Source: Octopus sinensis
Lineage: Eukaryota
Length of the DNA stretch: 64,000 nucleotides
Reading direction: 5' to 3'
Assembly (NCBI RefSeq): GCF_006345805.1
Contig: NC_042998.1
Span: forward strand, 80,538,001-80,602,000
Both the position numbers and the translations under genes were made by a program. Positions 1-45,598 of this stretch are shown here, one piece after another; within the stretch, counting starts at the first letter, position 1, and every line of letters begins with the position of its first letter. Under the pieces are notes generated by a model that made no database searches, had not been told where the DNA came from, and saw only the letters and a program-made list of their open reading frames with translations.

Positions 1-872
1 ACCTAAAGTTTGCATATATATAAATATATATATCGCGCACACATACATAATATCTACATACATACACACATTGTTCTCTTTGGTTTTAGTTATTAAATAT
101 TACTTCTTCCGGTCTCTCCTTTATGTGACGTTTACCTTAGTTCGTTGGGTTACTTTGTATTTTTGATGTTGTCTGTTTATTTTCCTGATATACTCGCTCA
201 CAAATATCCACTACTTTTGATATATACTGGTTAATATATATACATTTATATAGAAACGTGAGGACTGTAATGCTGTATTCACGTTTCATATACATGAGCC
301 AATAACACTTTACATTTGATTAGCTTACGAAGAATTAATTTTCGGACTGTAATATAAGCAATCATCGTAAGAAAACTTGTTTATTATTGTGATATTTCTT
401 TTAATTTAAAAATAAATCGTTTTGTTTTTCTCATTTGATGAGGTTATCTATGCATGTTTTTATAGAATATCTCTCTTCTCTTCAAAATATTCAAAGCTAA
501 TATTTTATTCTGACACTACTCCGAGTTTTCTGCTTTGTGTGCCCTTGTCGCGTGTTCGAAGGCACAAAGCGAGAAGCTTAAAAGCAGTGACAGAGTGAAT
601 CATTAGTACTGTTACCCTTACTCTTGTTTTTAAGCGCTCATATATTTAGAATATTTTTTTCACTTAATTGTTGATGAAATAAATACCTGTTTGGACTTAA
701 GTCTATCGATTATCTCCCTTATTTCCCTAAAAACTGATATTGCAGGAAGAAAATCATTGTATGTCTTCTTGTTTTATTATGCTATAACTATTTATAGCAT
801 TATTATTATTATGCTATATTATTTATCAGGGACGTTGTCTTGAGGTTTGGAACAAGTCTCCTTCAAATCACA

Positions 873-1070
873 AGGCGGTGAGTGTCGGAAAAATTCCTTT
901 GCGGTATTTCTTCCGACATTTACGCTCTGAGTTCAATTTCCATCGAGGTCGTCTTTGCCTTTCACTCTTTTAGGATCGATAAAATAAGCACCTGTTGATC
1001 ATTGGAGCCCATGTAATCGACTTAACCGTCTCCTAAAATTGCTGGACTTGTGCCAAAATGTGTAACTCTT
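873..1070 (+). mobile_element. tRNA-derived SINE family A, degenerate copy
   Basis: GAGTTCAATTTCC B-box-like motif plus GAGGTCG.CTTTGCCTTTCA core shared with the copy at 53087. Confidence 0.7.
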
Positions 1071-1089
1071 ATCATATATTGACTATTTT

Positions 1090-1797
1090 GGCGCTTCTCT
1101 AGAAGCACACCTCTCCAAGAAAATGAGTCTTACTTGTCAAAAAAGTTACGAAAATGGGAAATATATGCAAAAAATTAGGAAGATTCATCTATTTTTTAAT
1201 ATTTTATACTAAAAAATAAAATACGGAAAATGGGCACTCGCGAGTATAAACAAACATGTCGCACGATGCGTTACTTTTACCAGTCTGATAATCTTAATGA
1301 TACAAGGGGCCTGACAATATCGTCTGCGAATTGTATGAAGAACGTTTCACGATCTTTTTCTTAACAGTCAGTTTATAACTAATATATACTATTATGCCAA
1401 ATGTTGTGCCTGAACAGGAAATATTACGTCATAAAATGGGCGAAGGTAAAGCGAGTGCATACCACCTAATCATAACACTAACTCTGACCAGTATGCGCAG
1501 TAACAAATCTAATTAAAAACAATCAAGAATTTTACAAACGTTATTGTTGGGCCCCTCGTATCATTAATAATATCTGATACTAGTTACCACCACTTGTATC
1601 GCCCGACATGCTTGTTTATATTCGCAAGTGCCCGTTTTCCGTATTTTATTTTTTTAGTATAAAATATTTAAAAATAGATGAATCTTCCTAAGTTTTTGCA
1701 GACTTCATTTATTTTGGATATATTCCCCATTTTCATATTTTTTTTTTTTTAAATTAGGCGTCATTTCTTGGAGAGGTGCGCTTCTAAAAGAAGTGCC
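1090..1797. mobile_element. Foldback MITE with long TIRs and a 9-bp TSD (Mutator-like)
   Basis: Arms ~1090..1331 and ~1528..1797 are reverse complements (GGCGCTTCTCTAGAAGCACACCTCTCCAAGAAAATG / CATTTCTTGGAGAGGTGCGCTTCTAAAAGAAGTGCC). Flanks GACTATTTT (1081..1089) and GACCATTTT (1798..1806). Confidence 0.75.
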
Positions 1798-4508
1798 GAC
1801 CATTTTCCATTTCTCATTGTAAGCTGCATTTGAAGTAAAATAGTTTCACGAAACTGACTTAAATTACATTAAACATCTCCCCGTTAATAGCTCAGAAAGC
1901 TTCTTTATCTTTAACTGTGTTGATAGAATCACAAGAAACTAATTACTCTTATATATTTTATTCCTTTTTACTCGGTGTGAGTAGTCGCAGGTATTAAGGA
2001 GATTTATTTAGAAGAGAACTTGCTAGTTAGCATGTGAAGTCTTTTCAATTCCTAGTTTTATTCATTTTCTGTAACTTTTTTTATAAATCCGATATTTATG
2101 AAGCTTATGGTAGAAATTAATACAAGGTAGAATATTTAAAATGGCTCATCAGTAAGTTATTGGTCTGTTATTTCTACTGTAAGATGTCAGAAAAACATTG
2201 GACATTGAGTTCTAATACAACAAATACCAGTAATATAATAAATTCATTTATAACTCCTCGCCTCCAGCCAGAATTTCAGCTCTCCCATGTTAGAAACAAA
2301 AGTTGTTAACGAATACAGGTTTTTAAAAATTTTCTTGCTGAATCCTAGTGACTTTAACAAAACTAAACAAATGTTTTTGCCCATTTGCAATGGTCATTTA
2401 AAATTTATTTTCACAGTGTTTCAGTTCGATTGTCATACTTATCAAGTGACATATTAGTAATTGGTACAAATTGATAGGCTTGACTCCTAGCTACCCTTCC
2501 CACACCCTCACATAATGCAGGATATCTGTGTATCTCCTCAATAGTAAGATATCTATGTTTGTCCCTTTCATACTTTAGCCTTCACCTGACATAAGCCACC
2601 TTCCTCTCTCTCTCTCTCTCAAATACATTCCCTATCAATCAAGGGTGCTTTTTCCGTTTCATTAAAAAATTTACTTTGTCTTGCAAATTACTTAGTAATC
2701 CCACTAGTGCTAGTGTCACAAGAAAAGCATGCAGTAAACACTAAAGTGGTTAGGATTAGGACGGGTATCCAGCTGTAGAAAATGTGCTAAAGAACAAAAC
2801 ACTAATAAATTATTAGTCAGTTTTCTTGATGATATCCATTTCTAGATATATAAAAAAAATGACATAATCTTAAGATATCGACAATGTAATAAAAGTAAGC
2901 TCTTGGATTTAAAATATCTTATTGATATGCTGTCTTAGAAAATATATGCATCTCAGAACTTCCATTTTTTTTTTTTTTTTTCTTATCTGAGAATTTCTTT
3001 CTTCATGCTAATGTGCAAGAGTTAATCTCTTATGTCAGAATATTTACTAGAAATACCTATTGTTAATTCAAGAGTTTTGTTTTATCTGCTTTTTCTCATA
3101 AATTAGAAGAGCTTAGATCTTAATATTTACAAGAAATATTGGACTGTTTGTTTTACTTCTTGTTGTTAACTTGACTTTGTAATGTAGCCTAACTATTCAT
3201 CCATATGTTTTGGATTTTATGTTAATGTAGGTCTTGATAGTGTGTGCTTGTTAACGCCTTACATAATCTCTGTTTTCTAGGATACAACCCTTCTGATTTT
3301 AAAGTATTCATATGCAATGAAAATCTATCAGTTGTAAGAACCATTTTATGGAATAATGTTTCAAACACCAATTCAATAATAAAGTTTTATTCCTTATTAA
3401 ATCCATCTATATTCTTGCTAACTTTCAAAATAAATTGGCAATTAAAGGTGATGTATTTCATATGTGTGTTTAATGTATGTTAAAGTTGTCCTTCATGTGT
3501 GAAAGTTAATCATTAATGAAACACCTTTTCAAACTTGGGATTTCTAGTTGAAGGTGTTTAATTGAAGATAAAAATTATGTAATATATCTAAATCTATGAC
3601 TTTGTTCATTTTACTTCTGATTTTCCTTGCTAGCAAATATATTACATGGATATGTAGTTTGACAGCAGGAGTGCTTTTCCTGATGCTAGCCTTTACCTGT
3701 TTTTCAAATAACAGATCTCTTATTCCACACGTCTTGTGAAATAGCAAAGCCAGCAAATGATTTGTTGACATGGGAAATGACAACAATCTTGCTGCTTATT
3801 GCAAATGTATACAAACATGCGTGCCACATGCACACACACACACACATGCTTTGCATTTATATAAGAAAAGATTTAGCATACAGGATTTATATTCCAAAAT
3901 TTATTCACAAATTTTTTTTACCTCTCTCCCACAGTTGGTTTGCTCTACACAAAACTTTTTGCATAGATTTATTTGAAGTTCATTTTCTCCAGATGTCTTA
4001 AATTTCCATTATACTCAGTTTTGTTCTTCATTTACTATTTTCCCTTTGTTTAATATACTGTACAAAACAATTATTTGAAACTAAACTCTAGAACCTAGCA
4101 TATTTTTAGATTTACTAAAAAAAATATATATTTGGGAGTTGTACTTGTCTAGCAAGTTATTTGATCCAAGACTGTTGAAATTGAAGCAATTTACATCATG
4201 AAAAAGTCATATAGTAACAAAACTATTAACTTCACCTTAAGTTTATTTTATGAGGTGTCAAGGTTTTCATTGCACAACTGCAACCTGGTCACTGATACAG
4301 TTCCACGTTTTCAGTTTGCAAATTAAATTTTAATAGTTTAAATAAATGTAAAGTAAGTATTTCAGTTAAAAAAAAAAAAAACCTCAAGGAAGATTTTAAT
4401 TTATAAGTTGTCAAATTACTAAAATGGCTAATAACACTTCTTTTGTAGTATTTTGATATTAACCCACAATGGTAAAGATAAACTGTCTGCATATAACATC
4501 TATGTTAG

Positions 4509-37299
<32,791 letters not shown>

Positions 37300-37583
37300 A
37301 CTCCATGTTCTTTAAAAAATCAAACAGTTACTCTATGAAAAAAGTAAAAAGGATGTTTACTGATCCATGTTTGCTAAACTTTACATTTTCATATTCACAT
37401 TTTCACTCCACAAATGTAAATGTCCAAACATTATAATTTTTTTTTAATCTTTAAAAACCACACGTTTTGTTTTGTTTTTATAAAAAGCAGGAATTTGTAT
37501 TTTTGTTAATTTAGATAATCATTATCACCAGCCCTTGTTTACCTGAACAGAAGAAACTTGAATGTAAATTTGTTTTAAATGGA

Positions 37584-38753
37584 TAGTTTTGGTTTGAAAA
37601 TTTAATCCAATAATTTCTTCAGTAATCTTCACAAATTTGTCTCATCCCATAGATGGTTTCCATAATTAGCAAACCATGTGCAACCTTTTTAAGGAGACCT
37701 GGTTTGTATTGTCACTAATACTTTATCATTTGCATTCAGTCATCCATAACTCCCACTGGATCATTTTCTTCATCTGTGTGTATGCATGTGTTTGTGTTTA
37801 CTTTTGTTTTCAGATTTGAATTCAGTTTTTCTAAGGCCTGCATAAACTGAGTTTAAAGGGGAAAAATAGCAGCTGTTGATTTAGTGGAAATCATTACTTG
37901 GAATGAAATTTCTGATTTAAAGTTATATGTATGGTGATGATGATGTATATACAAAGAATGTCTTAATTCCATCATATATCATTTTACTCAATCTGAAATC
38001 CATTGCTAGATTGAATTCTATTAATTTGAAATCTCTATTTCATTCCTAGCAATGTTGTTATTGTCTGAAACTCAGGAAGCTGAATTTGGAGAACAGACTG
38101 CAACAGCAGTTCAGCACTTCTTTCTCCGCATAAATTTTATTTATTTATCCATCCATTTCACCTAAAAACCTTGACATAATTTTGAATTCTCATCTCATTA
38201 TAGTTTCCATATATCACTTGTGAGACAGGACCAGCCCTTTGGCATATTGTAAACTTTGTTGTCTATAATCAACTCCCTATCAGTGAAATATTTATTTTCT
38301 GATGGATTTCATTTTTCCAATTTTGCCGAATAAAAGGAAAAGCTTTTTTTATAGAAAAAGAAAAAAAAAGTTCAAAATGATTCATTTCTAACTATTTGAT
38401 GTGTAACAGTTGTAAAAACAATCATTACTCCTGAATTGTTAATGTTCCTTTCAGCTTGCAAGTGTAGATTACTTCTACTTCAGGTAAGATCACACTAGTA
38501 CTAATTAGGAAATACTCTTGAGATATTTTCATTAAGAAAGAGGGACAGTGTCCATAACCTGTCGGTTGTTGTGGTTCATATTCAGCTTGAACGTTTGCAA
38601 GCTTTGTTTAGATAAAATGTAAATAGTTCCAGTTCTGAAGAGAAAGGATCAAGAAGTTTGTAGTTGAGGTAAATTCCTTAATTCCAGGTTAGTCCTATTT
38701 CAGAGACGGGTAGTTTTGGTTTGAAAATTTAATCCAATAATTTCCTCAGTAAT
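37584..38753 (+). repeat. 43-bp direct repeat pair (37584..37626 and 38711..38753)
   Basis: TAGTTTTGGTTTGAAAATTTAATCCAATAATTTC[T/C]TCAGTAAT; one mismatch. Confidence 0.9.
38329..38334 (+). promoter_or_regulatory. Candidate KDM1A polyadenylation signal (AATAAA)
   Basis: Hexamer about 1.03 kb after the stop codon; position only, no transcript data. Confidence 0.35.
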
Positions 38754-39153
38754 ATTCAAATCTTATCAAGGACTACATTATAATAAATCATTGAGGAAAT
38801 TGATTAAGCAGTTAGTGTGTGTATGCGGGGAGACAACTCTTTAATAAGTAAGGTTGCAATTTGAAATTTGCATAACATTTGTTTCGCCAGTGAGATACTA
38901 AGATTTTTGTATTCTACAAATACATATTGCAATAGTTTTAACATCCACTTAAGACTGCCTGGTTGCCTATTAAGATATTGGTGCAATTTTGTTGTTTTCA
39001 CTGGTCAGAAGATTTATTTTACATTTTGGGAATCTAAAACAGTTGTATTAACCATTTAGGGAATGTTCAACTTGTAGAGGGGCATGTTTTGCATTAAACA
39101 TTTCTATTCAATAACAAAAAGCAAAGCAAAAAAAGAAAAGATAAGATTGAAAG

Positions 39154-39159
39154 TTTATT
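39154..39159 (-). promoter_or_regulatory. Candidate akirin polyadenylation signal (AATAAA on minus)
   Basis: TTTATT on plus about 2.0 kb past the akirin stop, with T-rich sequence downstream on minus and a second hexamer near 39179; position only. Confidence 0.35.
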
Positions 39160-41183
39160 AAAATTATATAATAACGACTTTATTTTCTCTCTTAAAATCC
39201 AAGCCGAAAATATTCTGTCTGCAGATGTGTTCCAAGTACACACAATAGTAAATTAGTGAGAGCATATTTTGGCCAACAAGAGACAAATAGTATAAAGGAT
39301 TTGATTCCTAGCATTACTTCAGATGACCAGGCTTGTAGCCTGGATATATTTTCTGGTTTTCTCTTAGTTGAATAGACAAATGATTTCAGCAGCAATTGTT
39401 GCTGAGCCCGGTCAGATATACCAAAGTAGTTGAGGAAAAAAAGAAATTACAAATAAATGCATAATTGAAAAGTTAAAGTCTAGGCTTATCTTTTCAACAG
39501 TATTTGCTTGGTTGAATTCAATATTATTACCTGACTGGTTAAAAGACAATATCAGCAGTAAATATTGGCAAGTTGGACAACTTAAAGCCATTTCTGACAA
39601 AGTTCTCTTGAGATATTGTTTTTCATACTAGGTTACCATCTTAAGAGTTACTAAAATATAAAAATTTGCAAGAAACACTTGACACGACCCACACTTACAG
39701 CAATGGACAAATTCATCTTTCAACCTACAAGACAACTTAGCATTTGAAGTATACAGAAACATTTCCTGAGATAGTCAAAGCTGACAACTCTTAAAGAGTT
39801 GCTTAAATAGTTTAATGGAAAGATAATAGGAATTAATATTCCTTGGTGTATGTATATATATATATATATATACACACACACTCAAATACACAATATAAGG
39901 GGCTGCATTACACCATAAATATATGGTTACCGCACATTTAAAGAGTGTTTTTGGTTTTCTTTTGAGGGATCACTAACCTTAAAAACTTGTAATTATGTCA
40001 ATTACAAATTGTAATGCTTTGGAATAAACAGACCAGTGATCAATAATATCACAGTACACTGATTGCTAATGAACAATGACTGATGGCATTTGGTGGTGAA
40101 TGTAAAAGGTGGAAATGGCCCTATTCCCCGAGTTTCAATCCACAGCAAGACTATAAAGTCAACAGATGAAGACACAAAAGGTTAATATTAAAAGCTAATT
40201 CTTAGGAGGCTGGATGTTTGTATCTATAACTGAGTATTCTAAGACAAAACAAGACTATAACAACTTTCTCATCTGAACCTTGAATCACTGCTTTCCTGCC
40301 ATGCCCCCTATATTGATATCAACATTACTTGAACTAATAATCAAGAGTTACAAAACAGGGGCACTAGCCAACACTTAGTCTGTTCATAGTTAATTAACAC
40401 TTTTTTAATCTGTTAGTAGCTTTAGATAGAAAAGGAAGCCATAGTCTAAAAACAAAGAATTTGACTAACTGGACCTAGTTACACAACTATATAGGGGGAA
40501 AAAATTGAATCCTTTCATAATTACTATAGAGAATCACAACCAAGATCAATCTTTAAAGTATTCAAATAAAAAGAAACTAGACAAATTATTCAATATAAAA
40601 AAAAATCACTAACCAAACGCAATTACACCAAATGCCACACTCAACTTGGTTATTTAAACTGTTCAAAATATCTACGAGCTTAACACTAAATCAAAAAGTT
40701 AACCCTGGCTTCTAAGGAAATAAGAGTGTATTTGACTTAAGAGATAAACCAAATTAAAGTTTTATTTATACCTTTCTTTATTTACATGGCAGATAATTTC
40801 AAGTGAGCAACTAAAATATAAAGTCTACAGTATGTTGAATGAAGTAACTAAGTCACAAGTTGATATGTACAGAAAAGTCTTCAGAAAATCCAAGGTTTGT
40901 TGCACCATTTGTTAAGCAGGAGGATTCATAATCCAGATAAAAAGGCGATAGCTTGTACATCCATGGGAAGGAATGTATTCTGATCAGTTGAATTATTGTA
41001 TTTAGTCCAAAAATGGATTTGTATCCAATGTTTGAAAGGAAATCCATAGAAAATAAGTAATAACTGTTGAATAAGTTGTTGCTTTGTTGTAGTAGCTATG
41101 AACATCAGGAATATGCTGGAATCAACAGATGACTATTCACAGAAAATAACTTGGTCAAAAATCCATAGGATCAATTGGCGTTC

Positions 41184-41194
41184 TTATGAAATAT
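41184..41194 (-). CDS. akirin: Akirin terminal coding exon portion (Y)IS*
   Basis: Long polypyrimidine tract ...ctctcgttag|AT ATT TCA TAA; completes the conserved SY[VI]S C-terminus. Confidence 0.88.
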
Positions 41195-43661
41195 CTAACG
41201 AGAGAAAAGGAAAAAAAAAAAATAAAGTATTTCCATATACAAGTTACATAGAAAAATAATTGCAGGTAACGTAAATAGACATGAAAAACTAAACTTACAA
41301 GAAAAGGGCGAATCACCAAAGCTTTTGTGTATCATGTCAAGATTGAACTTCAAGAAAGCTTCATACTGCTCTGTAAATAGAAAATATCAACTTTGCCATC
41401 AACAATTTTAATCTTTTTTAAAACTCTGCAAGTGATTAGTTTTATTGTCATAATATTCAGACTGAAAGGCCAATAAGATGAATACTTGAGAAAGGCAGGA
41501 CTTTCATTAAAGAAGTTTAAAATCTGCACAACCTTATGTTAATAATTTAAAGATGAGACCACCATTGAATTCCCTTGACATGGATCACAAGCTCAAATCT
41601 GCTCCTGACATTTTTTTTTACATGGTTTTAGTTCAACTAGCTGTCAAGAATAGTACCACACCTTCTGAACAATATCAAACCATCATATCATTTTGATTTG
41701 CCATTGGATGTGTAGTTTCTACCACAGAGGACATCTTTATTCTTCAAAGATTCCTGCTGTAAGACATTCATTCTAGCACTGAGAAAATAACAGGCCGGTG
41801 AGTGTGTATAGACTCCATACATTGACTCACTGTATGCTATGTAAGATATGGACACACAAAGAGGTGTAATGAAATCACAGACAAAGAGAATGTAGGTAAT
41901 AGATGCACTGGAGCAGTAGACTATGAATATACTAGATATAGGTTCTCTGAAAAATGTCTAGATGGCTTAGTAGTTGATAGCTGTTATTACCTAGATATTA
42001 GGTTATGTAGTTGCACTAAAAGTATAGCAACCAGGGTATGAACAAGTTGGAGAAAGATCAGGAAACTGCTACAGGCAACAATGCTCTTCTCTCTCAGACA
42101 GAAAAGTAGATTGTAAGACACAACCTTGCAGTATCGCAGCATTATAACTGCAATACTTGCATGGTAGTGAGGCATGGACCTTGAATGCCGACAAGTTGAG
42201 AAAATGAAATAATTTGAGCATTTCCCACAGGATGCGAAATCTGAGTGTGCATGAACAACATAGTTCAAAAAGTGCCGAGAGAAAAACTGAGCATAGGAGG
42301 AATTAGATGTAGTGTGCAAAAAAAGAAGACTGCATTGGTATGGATATGTGATGCATTTGAAAGAGGACAGCTGAATAAAGTACCAATTTTATATATATAT
42401 ATAGAGAGAGAGAGAGAGACAGACACCAACTGAAAGAGCTGTATGACACCAAACAGATTACTCTGTGATAATCCTCCTTGCTCTCTGGACCCTGAATTCA
42501 ACTTCTGCCATGGTCAATGCTATGTTCCACCCCTTCAGGATTGATAACGTGCCAGTCCTGTACTGGCGTCATTTCAGCTCTTTCTTTCTAAAAGAAATCA
42601 ACTGTGATGGAACATAGAGAGGGATGAATATAAAAATGTCAAAATCATACTGTTCTAGAAGTTTTGTGTGGGGTGGCTGGTGTTAGGAAGGACATCCAGC
42701 CATAAAAACCAGATACTGAAGCCTGGTGCAGTCTTCTGCCTAGCCAGCTCCTGTCAAACCGTCCAACCCATATCAGCGTGGAAAGCAGACATTAAATGAT
42801 GATGACACTGTGTCATGGCAGCACCCCATCAAGGAATTGAGGGGATGTGACAAACATACAAGTTAGCATTCAAGATTAACTCCGCAGAGACCATGCCTGA
42901 TTTAGGAACTTACAGAGCATTATGCTATTAGCTCTGTTATTAAAGACTGGATCTTTGGACACTTAATGTCATATTCCTGCTCCAAAAGTTTCTTAAATTG
43001 TCTTCATAGAGTTAAAAACAAAATTTTCTCTCTTAACATGCCAGAATATGAAGACATTGCAAGTAAGAGTTGTTTATTACTCAAGCTATATTTATAACTC
43101 AGCAATGAAACAAATGCATAAGCAAAACAAAATCAAGTTGTTGGATATCTAGGTTAATGCCAATAATTTTATATCATGAAGCTGCATACCACAGTACCAG
43201 AAATGAACATTACATGTACTGATAAAATGCTTTTGAGTTTCAAATTTATAATATACTAAGATATATAAGAAGTGAAAGATTTGAATTCTAGCTAAGAAAA
43301 CAATAAGTTAAGAAAAAAAATTTATGATAGCAATGTAAAAGACAGAAAAAATGCAAAGGAGAAAGATAAGCAAACCAACAAGTCTCACCTGCTAATTTGT
43401 TTGAAAGTACACTGTTGTATTCCTCTCTGACCTGAGACTCTCTGTCTTTGAGCATTCTTTCACATATCATAGTAACCTGTTTGAAAGTGAACAAAGGTGT
43501 ATCTTTCTTGCTAGGTGAGAATGTATTTTGAGATAGAGATGATGAACACGACTGTGAAGTGCCAACTTCTTGCGGAGGGGGACTGTTAGTTCGTTGATAG
43601 TGTAATTGACGTCTACGCTGCAATCTCTTGATCTCCAGACTGATGTTAGCTGCTATTTGTT
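41184..43661 (-). CDS. akirin: Akirin (akirin-2-like), spliced CDS, 5'-incomplete: complement(join(41184..41194,41299..41370,43389..43661))
   Basis: The translation (E)QIAANISLEIKRLQRRRQL...[63 protein letters not shown] matches the akirin C-terminal half (PLFT..QV..ICER, KLAEQY..F.KF, terminal SY[VI]S). All junctions are GT-AG with compatible phase. Confidence 0.95.
41299..41370 (-). CDS. akirin: Akirin exon (E)[23 protein letters not shown](Y)
   Basis: tttacag|AG ... TCTT|gtaag on the minus strand; 72 nt. Confidence 0.94.
41985..42385 (+). mobile_element. Old RTE C-terminal relic in an akirin intron
   Basis: CATGGTAGTGAGGCATGGACC (HGSEAW) and LSIGGIRCSVQKK segments homologous to 13550..13890. 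Confidence 0.6.
42660..42805 (+). mobile_element. RTE-tail SINE-like repeat (family C)
   Basis: GTTAGGAAGGACATCCAGCC...CCGTCCAACCCATATCAGCGTGGAAAGCAGACATTAAATGATGATGA. Confidence 0.75.
43389..43661 (-). CDS. akirin: Akirin internal exon (E)QIAANISLEIK...LSNKLA(E)
   Basis: tttccag|AA acceptor and GCAG|gtgag donor on the minus strand; 273 nt. Confidence 0.95.
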
Positions 43662-44114
43662 CTGGAAAGGAAATTGCACATTCTCTATTTAATCTGTTAC
43701 ATAAATTGACCAAAGGAGAGAGGAAAACAGTATCAAACTACCTGATTACTGTTCCAATTTCAAACGTTAATAACACACAAACAAAATGAAAAAAAAGAAA
43801 AAATAAGAAGACCTCCAAGATTTACATTGAGTGTAAGTTTGAATGCTTAACCAAATATTTTATACTGTAGAAAAATATGGGTTCTGAAATTTTAGGCCAG
43901 GCTTTTTCTACAGCAATTTTCACTTCCAAGGTATTTTTTCATATTAGCAAACTTTAACAGCACACACCACTACAAATTTACTCAAACTAATTTTTATTAA
44001 CAATTTTATGTAATACAATACACCACACAATTTGCATTCAGCTATTCAATAATTTCATTACTTTGTACACAATTATTCTTAGTTTCTAACCAATTTACAA
44101 CAAACAGTATTCAC

Positions 44115-45598
44115 ACACACACATCATTTAATATTTATTGCCCATGCTGGCATGGGTTGGATGGTTTGACCAGGGCTGGAAGGCTGCACCAGACTTCAAT
44201 CTGATTTGGCATGGTTTTCTACAGCTGGATGCCCTTCCTAATGCCAACAACTCCAAGAACATAATGGGTGCTTTTAAGTGCCATTTGCATGACACCGGTA
44301 TTTGCCATGATTTCTCAAGCATGGCATAATGCCAAAGGTCTCGGTCATTGCCTCCATGAGGCTCAATGCTCAAAAGGAACTCAGCCACTTTGCCTCCTTG
44401 AAACCCAATGCTTAAACGGTGCTCTTTACATGCCACCAACATCAGCCATGACTATGATTTCACTTGGCTTGACAGGTCTTCTCAAGCACAGCATATTGCC
44501 AAAAGTCGGTCACTAGTCATTGCCTCAGTGAGGGTCAAATTTCGAAGATCATACTTCACTACTTTGTCCCATGTCTTCCTGGGTCTACCTCTACCACAGG
44601 TTCCCTCCACAGTTACAGATTGGCACTTCTTTACACAGCTGTCCTTGTCCATATGCATCACATGACCATAACAGCGCAGTCGTCTCTCTTGCACGCCACA
44701 TCTGATGCCTCTTATGCCTAACTTTTCTCTCAAGATGCTTACACTGTTGAACATGCACACTGGTATTGCACATCCAACAAAACATACTGGCTTCATTTCT
44801 TTCAAGCCTACACATGTCCTCAGCTGTCACAGCCCATGTTTCACTGCCATGTAGCAAGGCTGTTTGCACACAGGCATCATACAATCTGCCTTTCATTCTG
44901 AGAGAGAGGCCCTTTGTTGCCAGTAGAGGCAAGAGCTCTCTGAACTTTGCCAAGCCTAATCTTATTCTCACAACTACGCTCTTAGAGCATCCACCTCCAC
45001 TACTAACTTGGTCACCTAGATAATAGAAGCTATCTACTACCTCTAGTTTGCCTCCTTGGTAGTTGATGGAGTCCATTTGCTGCATATTTTCATCGTTTAT
45101 TGTACCTGTGCATCTTCCACATACAAAAGCTAGTTTCCCTGTTAACCTTCCTCTGATATTGTTGCGCCTTTTGTGTCCAAAGTTTAGACAGGGTGCATCT
45201 TATGGAGTTTCTACCTACACCTTTTCTACGGATCGAGCCGGGCCATCTACCTGAAGGTATTTGTGATTTGTCTGACTTCCTACTTAGTAATACTATGGTT
45301 TTTGCTAGGTTAACTCTAAGGCTCTTCGATTCTAGACCTTGCTTCCATACATGGAACTTCTCTAGTTCTAGTAGTGACTCAGCTATAAGAGGTCTTCAAC
45401 ATAGCAGAGTTCCCAAGGCAGCCTATATTAAATTCCTCTGCTATTGCCTGGAGGACTATGATGAACAAGAGGGGGCTGGACACCAATCCTTGGTGAACCC
45501 TACTTGTACCCTGAATTCTTTGTTGTACTCATTTCTAACCCTCACCTTACTGGTAGTATCCCTGTACATAGCTTGTACAGCTCTCGACCTACCACTTG
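44115..45598 (-). mobile_element. RTE-clade LINE, 5'-truncated (RT C-terminal half + 3' tail)
   Basis: Minus ORFs: KLEVVDSFYYLGDQV...LHGSETWAVTAEDM and GTCGRGRPRKTWDKVV; same family as 11169..14412; ends in a family C tail. Confidence 0.9.

Noticed and set aside
541-600. SRVRRHKARS reading that resembles the LSD1 RRKRAK motif
   Set aside because: No ATG, no suitable donor, and an in-frame TGA follows.
2184-2320. ATG-initiated stretch ending near CAG|gt as a possible KDM1A exon 1
   Set aside because: The ATG at 2184 hits TAA before the donor, the later ATG gives phase 2 (phase 0 is needed), and there is no LSD1 similarity.
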